Shown: in pieces, positions 63,471 through 63,505 of the stretch
How positions within the stretch are numbered: the stretch's first letter is position 1
How the letters are laid out: each line of letters opens with the position of its first letter
NCBI RefSeq assembly: GCF_001194135.2
Contig: NC_068995.1
Location: 21,309,249-21,372,753, forward strand
Length of the DNA: 63,505 nucleotides
Direction: 5' to 3'
From: Octopus bimaculoides
Taxonomy: Eukaryota
Notes under the pieces: model-generated
Seen by the model: only the letters and a program-made list of their open reading frames with translations
Told to the model about the DNA's origin: nothing
The model's database searches: none
Program-made: the position numbers and the translations under genes

Positions 63471-63505
63471 CATGATCTATATATACATATATATATATCT
63501 ATATA

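Overview
AT-rich (microsatellite- and gap-riddled) animal genomic DNA. The SINE, LINE and microsatellite repertoire looks like a coleoid cephalopod, probably octopus; this is an inference from remembered repeat families, not a database hit. I found no convincing host protein-coding gene. Almost all long ORFs in the track are artefacts of N-gaps or di-/tri-/tetranucleotide repeats. The recognisable content is decayed transposable elements: a full-length mariner with TIRs and TA target duplication (4919-6145), a maT/rosa-like DDD transposase fragment, a Chapaev3-like transposon, five R4/Dong-like RLE LINE pieces (all on the minus strand), RTE, CR1-like and Tx1-like LINE 3' ends, a Gypsy relic lacking RT/RNase H, and about 15 tRNA-derived SINE copies or fragments. 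The best candidates for novel biology are two minimal type I hammerhead-ribozyme folds read by eye. One (38981-39027) sits in a TSD-flanked inverted Penelope-like repeat and has a swapped G3:C8 core pair. The other (62551-62599) lies in the 3' tail of a tRNA-headed SINE and has a damaged stem II. Family names come from my recollection of motifs and need Dfam/Repbase/Rfam confirmation.
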